Shown: piece after piece, positions 1 to 12,300 of the stretch
Layout of the letters: the number at the start of each line of letters is the position of its first letter
Position numbering within the stretch: position 1 is the first letter of the stretch
Assembly (NCBI GenBank): GCA_008632985.1
Contig: QPGO01000364.1
Location: forward strand, 1 to 38,795
Direction: 5' to 3'
Length of the DNA stretch: 38,795 bases
DNA from: Psammoneis japonica
Taxonomy: Eukaryota
Notes under the pieces: model-generated
Seen by the model: only the letters and a program-made list of their open reading frames with translations
Told to the model about the DNA's origin: nothing
Database searches by the model: none
Made by a program: the position numbers and the translations under genes

Positions 1-100
1 CATCGTGCAAAAGAGACATGGTGTCAACGGAGACGTCAGCGGTTGGCGTGTGCGGGGGTGTGGGTGTTTCATTTGTGAGTCGTCGTGTCGTGATGTGTGG

Positions 101-160
101 TGTCGTGTCTTGTCGTGTCTTGTCGTGTCTTGTCGTGTCTTGTCGTGTCTTGTAGTGTCC
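101..160. repeat. 10-bp tandem repeat (TGTCGTGTCT)x5 plus one degenerate copy
   Basis: Five exact copies at 101-150, then TGTAGTGTCC at 151-160. Confidence 0.95.
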
Positions 161-222
161 ATCCGACAAAATTTGTCGCACGTCGGACAAAATTTGTCGT
201 GTGCGACAAATTTTGTCGGATG
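160..222. repeat. Perfect 22-bp inverted repeat built from palindromic GACAAAWTTTGTCG units
   Basis: 160-181 CATCCGACAAAATTTGTCGCAC is the exact reverse complement of 201-222. A third unit lies in the loop, and partial units recur at about 356-447. Confidence 0.9.
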
Positions 223-939
223 AATTTTCGTGGATGACATCGATCGCCAAATTCTGTTAATTGCCCCACTCATTGAAACAACATCGCCAAAGTGCAGGTT
301 GGTTGTAAATGACATCAATCATTTCACAACTTAGTTGGACAATGTTTCTCTCCAGTTTGTCGCCAACCCGGACAATTTGTCGCAATTCGCATCTTTTCGC
401 GACAAATCATCAATTCATTTAAGAAAATGTCACCAAATGCGACAAAATGCCGTGTGTCCCTGGCATGTGCTGCAGCCAATTTCAAAAAGCAGATGGAGAC
501 TGGCTCAGCTGGAAATGGGGGACTTGTGTGCAAAAATTCCTGTTTGCGTGTCAGTTGGAGCATGCTGCAGTCAACCTGAAAAAGCCAACCAGCTCACATG
601 TGAGCGAACAAACAAGTGCACAGAGAGGGCAGCCAGTGCGTGGGTCACTTGCTTGGTGCTTTTTGTTGGAAACAGGGAATCTGCGTGCTGAAGCCCCTGT
701 TTCCATGGCAGACAACAGCCAGTGTGGCAGGAAACCTCAAAAAGCTAACCAACTTAACAATGGCGCTAAGAGCTCTCCAACTGACCCACATGCCCAGCAT
801 TTTAGCTTGCTCCAGGGCTGCCTGTGTGACAGCCCATGTGGCCTGTGAGTCCATTTGTGGAGCCCTGCAATCCCGAACTCAACGCTGTCAAGTTTGCCAG
901 CGTGTTGCTCCATGACTGCAAAGCTGGCTGATGCACCAA

Positions 940-1230
940 AACACTTTGTTGGAGTTCTCGGCTTGCCGACCAGCACGTTTTTGGTTTTGCCTGCTCCCAG
1001 CTCACCGTGTGGCTTGCAAACACATTGCCAATGGCCGCCAACTGCTGCTGACATGTCAACCAGGTGCAAAAGCTAAAATGTGAGCACAAAAGACCAGCGA
1101 CTCAATCCTGGCTGTAAACACAAACTTGCCGTGTTGTTGGCAGTGGCCAGCATGTCTTTCCACTGCAGTTTTGTCTGTCTGTCTTGCAAAAACTGCTTCC
1201 AACCTTGATGTTCCAACACACACTCCTTCC
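940..1230. repeat. Diverged ~290-bp direct repeat, copy 1 (copy 2 at ~2270-2550)
   Basis: Colinear shared blocks: GCTTGCCRACCAGC, TGGCTTGCAAACA, TGAGCACAA, AACACAAACTTGCC, CAGCATGTCTTTCC, TTTGTCTGTCTGTC, TTCCAACACA. Confidence 0.85.
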
Positions 1231-1329
1231 CACACAAGCTGCCAACTGATCGGCCTCATGCATGTCATGCGCACAGGAGGATGACACTTGGGGTCCGTGC
1301 CACCCAACACCATGTCAACAATTCCATTG

Positions 1330-2160
1330 ATTCCCGTGGCCCAGATCATCATTCAACTCTGCCGATGAATGATCGCTGTCAGGACAATCCTTTCTCACAT
1401 GCCCAACCTTGCTGCATTTCCAGTGTCCAATCTGATTTTTCTCGCTCTGTGCAAAACTCATGTTGTCAGGTTTTTTGTTGGTCCTGCAGGTGCCCAACAC
1501 CTGCAGTGCCTCCACGGCTGAACTGGGGCAGACATCAACCCCCAATGTGAGCTGCCAATGCACCGGTCTTTCAAGGCATGCCAACATTCCTTGGTGCCCT
1601 CCATAATGGAGTTAAGACTGGCACAATGTGAGCTGCCAAAAACGTCCCGAACACCGGCACGGCAATTTTTACGCTGCACATCGACATTGAATGACAGTGG
1701 TTTTTGGCAAACAATTGGGGCATTTTTACAGATGTGACCCACACAAACCAATTGCAACAATCTTGAAGTGCCTCTCCTTCATCTTGATCAGTGAGCCCCA
1801 ACTGCTTCCAAACCTTGACCACCTGGACATGCCGGCAAGTTCACCTTCTCACTTGCATCAAACAAGATCGACTTGAGAACATCCAACAGTGCTGCCACAC
1901 CCCACTCCTTTGCAACTCTGATGAGCTCTGTTGCTCCTTCAAGTTTGTGATGAATGGCTTTCACACATTGCCCCACAACAATGCCAAACACCTTCACCTT
2001 CTGTGTCCTGTAGATCGCACTCTGTTTTGCACAGCAACCACACTCCTTGTCCCACATTGCCTTGTCATTCTCTGATGTGGTGACTCCCAACAGATGCTCT
2101 GGCTCTTTTGGGGGGTGCCATCTTGCCTCAGAGATGCCAGCACCTGCATCTCCGGCTGAG
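1330..2160 (-). pseudogene. gag: Degenerate copia-type gag fragment with C-terminal zinc knuckle
   Basis: Frameshifted motifs KVFGIVVGQC..KLEG, LLDVLKSI, Q..GEALQDCCNWF, GVDVCPSSAVEALQVL and knuckle-like WKCSKVGHVRKDCP. Confidence 0.7.
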
Positions 2161-2269
2161 TGTTCTTCTGACATGCTTGCCAATCTTCCTTGTGGTGTCC
2201 GCACAAGCACCTGCCTGCAGCATTGTGACAACACCAATCCTTTGGGTGTTGTGCCGTGCCTTTTTGGCT

Positions 2270-2550
2270 TTTGCGTTGAAGCTTTGTGGCTTGCCAACCA
2301 GCGTGCCTGTGGTCTCACTGACTCCCAACTGAACCCATGGCTTGCAAACAAATTGCATCAATGCTGTGGACTGCTGTTGCCATGCCAGCCTGGTGCAGAA
2401 GCTGAGCAGTGAGCACAAGACCCACAACTCAACCCAAGCTGCTAACACAAACTTGCCACATTGTTCACAAATGTCAGCATGTCTTTCCCCTGCAACTTTG
2501 TCTGTCTGTCCTACGAAAACCACCTCTCCAGCCCCAACATTCCAACACAT
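2270..2550. repeat. Diverged ~290-bp direct repeat, copy 2
   Basis: Aligns colinearly with 940-1230. Confidence 0.85.
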
Positions 2551-3404
2551 TTCCAGGTTGTGAGCATGGTTGCTGCATGGACAGTGACAAAACAGAGCAG
2601 TGGCATGGTGAGTGGGTTGTCCAAGCCATTTCCCAAGCCATCACAACAAGCGGTGATGTGACACGCAACAGCATCAATTGCTGAAACCAGGCTGCAATCA
2701 ACTCTGAGATTTTCAGTTTGCCACAAGGGCTCTGAACATTGTGTCATCTTTTGTGTGCACCAGCCACCAACCTGGTGATGTAAAAAAATCTCAATCAAAG
2801 ATGAAACAATCGTGTGCACGCCAAATGTGGTGTTTCCTCTTTTGACATTTTGGGAGTGTGCACGATCACATGTTTCACAAACTTTCAAGGTCTTTGTTTG
2901 GCAATGGCAATGCTGATGCTCAAGCTTCAAATTTCAAAGTCTTCAAAGAACTCCAGGAGCTGAGTGGGCTGCCTCCCAACATTGCAAAAATGCCCAAGGT
3001 GGGTGCCCTTGAAACTCCAATGACAGCAAATTGAAAATCCATTGTGGAAATGTGTGGAAGATGTCAGAGACAAAATGTCAAGCCTGCTCCCGCAGCAAGT
3101 TGTCCCCTGGCAGCAGCCCTCTTCAGTGCACCTCAAACTGGCATTGTTGCAAGGCACTCCAAGGTGAGGAAAAATCAACAGAAATCAAAAACCTGGAAAT
3201 GCTTTGCACAGCTTCTGACACAACCATGGAGGTGACAGAGCCAAGTCTGTGGCTGGGTCAAGCTCATTGTGCCAAGATGGTTGTGGGAAATGACACTCTT
3301 TCTTTGCCCCTGATCATTGGGGTGTGCAAGAATCATTGCCACAGTGAGCTTTGCATGGTGGCAAGTCCACAACCACAAAAGACAAGGAGTTAATGAAAAG
3401 TGCA

Positions 3405-4010
3405 CTCTTTGGCAAGATCACCTCTGACAGTGAATCTGGAGCACTCATTTCACCATCTTCTTTCCCAACTCTCAATGTGCCAGCCACTGCACTGCTTCTG
3501 AAATGACATGGCAATTGACAGCACTGTGCTTCTTTCACAAAACTGACTCTGGAACACTCACATTCTTGACAACTCGGCCATTGATGCAAAACACATTCCC
3601 TGGACCTTCAACTGGCACATCAGAGCATGCATTGCAGTGATCAAGGCTGGTCATTTGAGCAACACTGGAGATGCAAGTTGGTCCACAGAGACAACTTGAC
3701 CTGTGTGTGTGGGCTGTTCCATGTCAGCTCCTGGTTGCTTCATGTCTCATCCTGTTGTTTTTGCTTTGTTGCCTTGGCATCCTGGCAAGGGGAGCATTCA
3801 GGCATGTTGCATTTTGCCAGGCTCTTTGGAAGCACACCCAATCTTGCCATCCATTGCAGTTTCACAAAACTTGTGTGACCAAATTGTTGACGGCATTTCA
3901 GGAGCAGCTGTGCCTTGGCAGATCCTTGTTGGTCATCTTTGTCCTTTGCCACAGGCAGCAGCTCAGAGTCTTCATCTGGCACCACAGGTGGTGTCTTGGA
4001 GTCCACTCAC
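3405..4010 (-). pseudogene. pol: Internally deleted copia pol remnant: integrase N-terminus joined directly to RNase H
   Basis: FGHTSFVKLQWMARLGVLPKSLAKC..PECSPC and GQVVSVDQL (4000-3670), followed by VPVEGPGNVFC.NG.VVKNVSVPES..KKH and AGTLRVGKEDG (RNase H, ~3630-3410). Confidence 0.8.
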
Positions 4011-4079
4011 TCTGAGGTCAAACTTGGCAAGGTGCCCATGTCTCCCTCATGCTTGCCATTCATTGACAGTCCATCTAAG

Positions 4080-4290
4080 TCAAAAATTGCTGCCGTGGAC
4101 TCATTGCCTTCCACAGGTGCCAACCCCATGTCTTGCGATTGGTTTTGGCTCCCAGGTTGCTGCTCCTTGTGCATTGGCATCGCATCTCTCCTCATCTTCG
4201 TTTTGGTCTGTCTGAGTCAAAAACTGCTGCCATGAACCCATCTCCTTCCCCAGGTGCCAACCCTGAGTCTTGCAATGGTCTTGGCTTGCA
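4080..4290. repeat. Local duplication of ~70 bp, period ~136 bp
   Basis: GTCAAAAAYTGCTGCC...CAGGTGCCAACCC...GTCTTGC at ~4080-4150 and ~4216-4288. Confidence 0.8.
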
Positions 4291-6489
4291 GGTCTGTCAA
4301 ACAAATGACAACCTCACACTTGAGTTTACATCATGTGAAAGCATTCTGTCATGAAGGCATTGCAGACATGGAGCAATGGCCCCTGTTGATTGATCCAATC
4401 AACTGCAATTCAGAAGGAGCATTTAATTTTCGGAATCCCTCTGCATTGAGTATTAAACTGATCCATTGAATGCTCTGTGCAAAATGGACAGTTTACTCAA
4501 CTGGCACTCACAATTTGTGAATTTACTTCACTGCAACAACCAAGCTCTTTGTCAGTTCAAAGACCTTGGGTGGAAAGTGTGAGGAAAAGTGGTGGATCCA
4601 CAAACCATCAGCATGTGAAGGAAAAGCCTTCCTTGCTCGGAAACTTGGTGGCACAAAACATCCTTCAGAAAAAATGATGAGCCAACATCAACCAAGATGA
4701 TCCAAAAAGACCTCAAGTCCCTCAAGCTGTCAGAAGCTCTCAGTGCCATCACAGACGAGATTGAGCCCTTCAACGAAGAATGACTGGCAGAGCAATGTGA
4801 CAAGCCTGACTGTGATTGGAGAATCCAGGGTGTTGCAATCTGCATGATGTCATTTGCTGCATGGTTTGCAACTGTGGTTGCAGCTGTGCCACTGTTGCTG
4901 CTGCACAACAATTTTATGGCAGTTGCCCACCAACAACACCTGCGTGTGTTTCTACGTGCGCTCCCGCACTGATGTCACCCTTTTCAGACGGCATTTCGCT
5001 GGGTCTCCCAAGACCATTCTGGCCATTTCAACCAATGGCATGCCCTTGTTTCAGCATGATGAGCAATGTTTCTAAGTGGAAAATGACTGGCGTCGACTCC
5101 TTGTGGTTCGCATGCTCGTTGATTTTTTTCGTAATTTTCTGCAGACTCAAGAAATTTCCTACACGGATTCTAGTGCAAATTCTACGCACGACAGCAACAA
5201 CCACCGACGACTGCTGCATCAACGCTCCAAACTACTCACACCCACACCCCACACCCATCGGTCCTCAATGACCTTCTTTATCCCCATCTGCCTGTCAAGT
5301 GCTTCACCATTTGGTGAAAGTGCCTCCTCTGTTGCGGCACTGACGAGCATGAAAGTGAGTCTCCCTTCGGCACTAAGAAGCGATCATTGTCCTTTTGCTG
5401 CAAGTGTCGGCATGTCTACACAAGATCCGGTGTGGTTTCTACATGAGACAATTGTTTTTTCAGACGACCAACAAGGTCTATCTACAAGGCTTCTTGTTTC
5501 ACATCTGCAAGTCCTGTGCCACCTTGCTTCCATCTGCTGGCTGATCAAGCTTGCTGCTGCTCCGAGTGGTGATCTCACTGTTTTTGCTGCAGTTCCTCAA
5601 GGTGTGCAAACAATGAGATGCCTCATGATGCCAGTTGGTGTCTGTCACTCAAGCGAATTCCACGGTCCCTTTTGGCTTCCAGCATGGCTCCCATCAAATT
5701 TTTCCCAAACTCAACTGTCCTCTGTGGTTACGGTGGCACTAATGTGTGCATCACCAGCAAGACTGCAGTAAACTCCAAGTGTTTTATTCTCTGTGTCAAC
5801 TGTTTCCATCGGGTGTCTCCTCCAGGAGACGCCTTTTCAGGCTCATTGCATGCACTTCTGCTGCATCTCCAAGCGGGGTGTGCTGGAAGTGTGGGTTAGC
5901 CGGTGCCGGTGTTGCTGGGCAAAGGTGCAACAGCACTTGGAACAATTGATTTGGGTTTTTTTTGTTGCTGCTGCACAATTTATGTGGACAGCTGCAACCT
6001 GCAACTGGATCTCAACCACAGCTCATGAATTGTTGAGGGAAGCAATTGCAAACACTCTTCCAATCAAATTCATTGCCAGAGCTCACATGTTGCTGACAAT
6101 TGTCATTTTCCACCTCATTGTTTTCTTTGGCAAGGACCCCAACAATCCCAATCTGTGCTGCATTTCATGATCAAAACATTGGAGAGAATGTGGAAGATTG
6201 ATGTAGCAGGCCCATTCAAGCATGCAATGGACAGGAAACCAAATTGGTTGATTATCAATCAATTGTCCACAGCCAAACAACACCTGAGAGGGAGAATCAG
6301 GTGAGTCAAAGAGTCACCAAGGAAGATCAACAACAAACATCAAACAAGGCACTAAACCAGCATGACAGCAGCACTGGCAATCCTGGCAGAGCATGCATGA
6401 CAGCCCAGAATGATGTTCTCAAGTGAGAAAACATGTCATGACTCAACACGGACTCAGGACCTGCAGGTGTGAACAACCAATGCATGGGA

Positions 6490-7215
6490 TGCACATCCAA
6501 TGTGCAAGCTGTGAAAGGATTTTTGGAAGGTCAAAAACAACAGGAGTTGTGATGGGCACATTGATCTGGTGATGGTGCAATGACAATGGAACTGCTCACT
6601 TGTTTAAGATGACAAACTCGCACCATGCACCTGATGGCAAGGTCCATCTGTCAAGTCCCCAACACTGGGCAAAGACACAAAAGGACTGCAAGCCAACAGA
6701 AGGTGCAGGGGAAAGCTCAGATTCTAACCAATGTGCTTTGTGCTGGAGCCAAAAGCAAAACAAACTCACTGTTCCCCTGAGTCCAGAGACCAATGCAGCA
6801 ATGTTCAACCTTGCTCCCTGGTCACCAGAAGTTCAAGGCCTTCTGTGCTGAATGTGGAATGGACAATGCCAGCCACTGAAGATGCGGATCCCATCTTTGA
6901 ACAAAGCAAATGTCATGAGTGATGATGAGAAAGAAGATGAGGAACAAGAAGAAACCAATGATTGGGGGTTGGTTGAATGCACCTGGACCTTGAATCTGAT
7001 CAAGGCCATCTTGCGCCATGCCAAGCACAATGCCAGCATGCCTCAGGGTTGGAGGATGACACTCCAGTTGCCACTCCATTCAATTTGAATGGTCCACCTG
7101 ATGGCACAAGCAAAACCAGTCTACCCCAAGTCATCACAGACAAGGAGGATTGGCAAAAAGAAAGTGCATCAGTGGAAGTGTTGAGACTCCACCAAAAATG
7201 TGGACACATCTCAGT
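6490..7215 (+). pseudogene. pol: Copia pol fragment (end of protease region to start of integrase zinc-binding domain)
   Basis: VKGF..., GTLIW, HLSSPQHWA, LTVPLSPETNAAMFNLAP, then VITDKED...EVLRLHQKCGHIS. Related to the remnant at 3740-4006. Confidence 0.7.
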
Positions 7216-7219
7216 GATT

Positions 7220-8262
7220 CAGCACAAAAGTCTGATGAGATTTGCCAATTCCTTCACTCCATTGGAGCCAGCCTGTGCCTGCTGGAGGAAGGAACACCAT
7301 GGTCAAATTGTGCTGAGCTCTGCATCGGCTTGTTGAAGGAAGTGGTCTGCAAGGACATGGAGTCACACTGTCCCCTTCCCCTCTGGGACTGCTGTTTTGA
7401 GTGACAAGCCCGCATCAACAACCTGATGGCTTGTAACCTGCTCCAACTTGAGGGGAGGAATCTGCACTTCTCCATGACAGGGGAGGAGGGCAATGTCTCC
7501 AACCTTGCTCAGTTTGGATGGCATGAATGGTGCTGCTTCCGTGAGCACACTGACCCATTTCCCTTTGACCATGGATGGGAAGCCAGATGGGTGCTTGATG
7601 GACACAAGACCTCCAACCCCAAGGGTTTGACATGGGCTGGGGTTGTGTCCAGGGAGAGTGTCCAAATTGTGCTGATGTGTGCTGCCCTGAATGATGTTGA
7701 TGTAATGGCAGCCCACATCCAGAAGGTGCACTTGCAGGCTCCATTGCCTCAGAAGCACTGTGTCACAGGTTGCCCCGAATTTGGTCTTGAAAATGTGGGC
7801 AAGCATGCTCTCATTCGCCGGGCTTTGTACAGAGGCAAGTTGGCTGGGCATGACTTTTAGAATCACCTTTGTGCGTGCATGTCACACCTTCAATTTGAGC
7901 TTTGCAAGGCTGATCCTGATGTGTGGACGCATGTGGCTCTTAAGGAAGATGGCACTGAGTGCTTGGAGCATGTTCTCCTGTGCACTGATGATGTGCTGTG
8001 CATCTCGAATGATGCATTGGCAAGCACTTCCCCCTTGAGGAGGCCTGGATTGGACCTCCTTGCTTGTGTCTGGGTGGCCACTTGTGAAAGGCAGAGCTTC
8101 AGAATGGAGTCAAGGCATGGGCTTTCAGCTCTTCTCAGTGCACCCAGGTGGTGGTCAAGAATGTGGAGACTTGCTTGGCATCAAGGGGCAAGAAGCCACC
8201 AGCCAAGGCACCAACTCCTCTCAGCAGCTTGCATCACCCTGAACTTGACACAAGTGTGGAAC
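7220..8262 (+). mobile_element. pol: Copia element D, left part: integrase core fused by deletion to RT
   Basis: EEGTPWSNCAEL, LWDCCFE, FGWHEW (integrase), then ARWVLDGH, AGVVSRESV, RALY.GK, KADPDVW, VLLCTDD, HPELDTSVEL. The frame resumes after element A at 16088. Confidence 0.85.
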
Positions 8263-8476
8263 TGACAGGATTTGAACAAGATTTTAGTTTGTCATGCACA
8301 ATCATGTGTGCTCTGAGTTCTGCACGCGACGCGTGATGTAGTTTGCTTTCGAGCCACTCGGTTCTCAAGAATGATGAAAGCTCCTGTTACGGTCTCTGTA
8401 CGGAGACTCATCTGCTGTTTAGACAGCAGCAAGGAGTTGTTGTTTTCTTCCACCCAGTCATCTTCAATTTCTGTCA
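8263..8476 (+). repeat. 5' LTR of element A (214 bp)
   Basis: Starts TGACAGGATTTGAACAAG and ends TCAATTTCTGTCA; matches 14653-14739 plus 15922-16087. Confidence 0.93.
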
Positions 8477-9313
8477 GATTGACAGTCTTGCTCATCTTCA
8501 TCCATTGAGCGTTCATCATCGTCATCAAGAAAAATTTTGACGATGCATGCTGTTGGCAGTGGAAGCACACACCTGCCTTCTTCACTGCTGCACATTGGAT
8601 TGAATCTGTACGTTTGGATCTATCTAACACTTTGCATCACTGGACACATTTGTTCAACGGACATTTGTTTGGTCAGGAATTTCTGAACTCTCAGACATGC
8701 AAGATTCCGGATTCCCCGCAGCAGATTCCACCTTGTCAACAGACAGACCAATCCATCCACAGGCGTTCACGCACACACGATGTGACTGTCTGACTCTGGC
8801 CTTGTTCCATGCATGCCAAGTCTGCTGCTGCACATCTACACTGGATTGCTGGTCTTCTACAGTCATTCTTCAAGGTCCACCAGGACCCCTGTGAGAGGAA
8901 GCAGTTCGTGATTGCAGCCTGCATTGGGGCAAGGGTGCATTTCCCACATTTGTTTGTCCCTCCACAGCGCCAAATTTGGCCGGCCTGATGGGGTTGTCCA
9001 ACCCACACAAAATGAGAAAGGTTTGGAGGTCTTGTTTACCTCCAGCTGGCTTGTCAGCAGGGGTTTTTAACCCGTTGCTCCACTCTCAGGCAACCCAAGC
9101 ATCGCCAGTTGCGGATTGGGACGTGCCGGCACAACTCCACGGACCAGATGGGAAGCTTGGCATTTAACTACAAATGATGGGATGTCACAGCCCCACAGCT
9201 TCTGATTTGTAAGACAGTTCAAGACTTCAAGTCAAGATTCAAGTCAAGTTTCAAGTTGTTTCAAGCTCACCCTCCAACTCCAGCCAGTTCTCCGACACCC
9301 ACTCAGTTGCACC

Positions 9314-12300
9314 ATGGTTCTCACCAGGCAGCAACAAGTCAATGGCCTTGAGCACATTTTAGGCACTGTTCTGAATCAAGCTGCAGACAGTCCTTTGCGC
9401 TCTGCCCTCAGCATTGACGGCACTGACTCATGCCAGGATCTCTTCACTTTCACTCTGACACAACTGGATGCCCCAGTCTCCACAATGACAGCACCAATCA
9501 AATGCCCCTGCCACATGACTGCAAAGCGCAGACAGCTGTGTTGATTAGTCTGCACATGGTAAAAGTGCATGGCAGCACCGATGTTCGCAACAACCCCAAC
9601 TTGTTCACACATGAGGAGTTTGCTGACTGTCATCTTAATCCCAGGTGTGCAGCATCCCTCTCCATGGGTGTGGTGCCATCTGCTCCCACTCCTGGCTCAT
9701 TGCCCCCAAAACCACGTGACCCCATGCATGACTTTAAACATGGCATCAAACATGACCCACTCACCTTCATGACTCTCAAGTCTGCCAAACAGTGGCACAC
9801 ATGGCACACCTCCATTGTTGCACAGGCCTGCTCCCAGGATGCCGACCGCATCCTTGATCTAAAGCACACTCCCTCTACAGCTGAGGACAAGGCCCTGTTT
9901 GACAAACAACAGAAGCACATGTTCACAAACATGACCTGCCCCCCAATGAACCTGATGATGATGTGTTCTTTGACATCAACAGTGATGTTAACATCATTCA
10001 AGTGCATGCTGCACAGACTCGCGGCACAACTCCCTCACCAGGGAACAATGGCATCACATTCCGCCAGATCACCAGCGCATTTGGGATGCCTTGCCCCAAT
10101 CCACCAAGGCCATCATCCTTGGCTTGGGCACTGCCCATGCTGGCAACTGCCATGACTTGAAGGCAGTCAGCCTGCACAACCTCCATCTTGGCAGTGATGG
10201 TGATGTCAACTTGTCTGCCAACACCCATGATCTTATGTCGGCCCCTGAACCACCCGATGCTGCGGCCAACTCAGCTGGTGCTAACCCCATCCTGGCTCAC
10301 CTCACCAGGTGCAAGCCTTTGCCACCCGGCAACTTACAACGTCTCCTGGCACCTGAACAGCCTCCTTCAGCCTGCTCTGGCGAGAAACCCCCTGGATCTG
10401 TGCCTTCTGTCTGCTTTGACAAGAAACCCAATGGATCTGTGTCTTTCCGTAATGCCGACACTGACATTGAGATCAATGGTCACAAATGCCGTTGTGTCAA
10501 CAACCACAATGTCGTCCACTCTGCATCGACCCACAACTTGACTCACAAGGGTGCTCTCGTGGATCGTGGTGCAAACGGTGGTGTTGCCGGTGATGATGTT
10601 TGTGTCATTGCCTGCACTGATCACCAGGTTGACGTGCAAGGCATCGACAATCATCAGCTTGTCAACATTCCCATTGTCACTGCCAGCAGTGTCATTCACA
10701 TGCAACGCAGACTTGTCATCACCATTCTTCACCAGTGCACACTCTTGCGGCCAACTCGAGCAGCACAATCACAATGTCAACAACGGCATCACCACTGTTG
10801 ATGGATGCATCATTCCTGTCGACATCAAAGGTGGCCTTCCACACATCACCACATGTCCGTACACTGATGCCAAATGGGACACCCTGCTGCATGTCATTCT
10901 CACTGGCAATGACACATGGGACCCATCTGTCCTTGACCACCAGTTCACCAACAATGAGAAGTGGTGTGATGCTGTGTCTGACCCACAAGACGACCCTGCC
11001 ACCAACCTCTTGATGAGTTGGGCAACTGTGGTCACCAACACATTGTCAACAACACCATGCTTGCAGACTCCGTCCTTGATGACCACCTGCTCCCAATGTC
11101 CCATTTCTTCTACGAATGCCACGAGCGCGAGATCAATCCCAAGGATGCCGACTTTGAGTTTCTTTGCCCTCATTTTGGCTTTCTCCCAAAGGACACTGTT
11201 TGCCACACTTTTGATTGCACAACACAGTGCATCGGCATGCCCAAAAACACGCACCTGAAAAAAGTGCACAAGTTGCCCAACCTGGCTCTCAATGTCCACC
11301 AACACAATGAACCCATTGCCACTGATGCAGTGTGCTCTGACACCCCTGCCGTTGACTCCGGATGCACCAGCACCCAACTCTTTGTTGGTGTGGAATCTCT
11401 TGTCATGGACGTGCATGGAACCAAAACTGACAGGGAATTCATCAACATGTTTGAAGACAACATCCGCAATGGTGGAACCCCGTCCAAGCTCATCAGCGAC
11501 CGTGCTCAGGTTGAGATCAGCAACAAGGTCCTTGGCATTCTTCGTGCCCTCTTTGTCTCTAGTTGGCAAAGTGAGCCCCACCAACAGCACCAGAATTTTG
11601 CTGAACGCCGCTGCCAAACTGTGAAGACCATGGCCAACACCATCATGGATCACTTTGGATTTCCAGCCTGCACCTGGCTGCTCGCCTTGATGTGTGTGTG
11701 TTTTGTGCTCAACCACACAGCGTCTGCCAAACTCCACTGGTGCACCCCCACCAAGGTGCTGTCAGACTCTGCCCTCGACATCAGCCCACTCCTTTGCTTT
11801 CAATGGTGGGAACCCCTGTGCCACCACTTGGATGATCCCGACTGGCCATCCGAATCCCGCTAGTTGCGTGGCCGCTTTGTGGGCATTGCCAAACACATGG
11901 GTCATCACATGACATTCAAGATTCTGTTTGACAACACTCAGAAGATTGTTTGCCACTCAAACATGCATTCCGCCCATGATCTGTCTGCTCCGAACCTGCA
12001 TCTTGATCCTCCTGACAAGGAATCTGCTGAACCCATCATCAAATCCTGACACAACTCCAAGGATTCACCAGAATCACCACATGGGGAGGCAATCAGGATG
12101 CCCAAAATGCTGGTCTTTGACCCCGAGGACATCATCAAATGCACCTTCCTCATGAAGCCACAAGTGGACGGACAATGCCACAGGGCCCATGTCATCAAAG
12201 CCATTGAAAACCATGACTGGAAAATCGGAGACAACCCTGAACTGGTCAAGTTCATTTGCTCCATCAACAATGATGAATGTGAGGAAGTCCTTGCCCACAA

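Noticed and set aside
2560..3400. ORFs 2511-2930 and 3031-3393
   Set aside because: No convincing motif; probably an unrecognisable TE relic.
4446..4500. Imperfect hairpin TTGAGTA..AACTG.TCCATT / AATGGACAGTTTACTCAA
   Set aside because: Real but short and gapped, with no TSD or second copy; cannot be assigned as a MITE or terminator.
4520..6430. Possible host gene or DNA-transposon ORFs (e.g. 5076-5771)
   Set aside because: No recognisable domain, TIR pair or splice structure; left unannotated.
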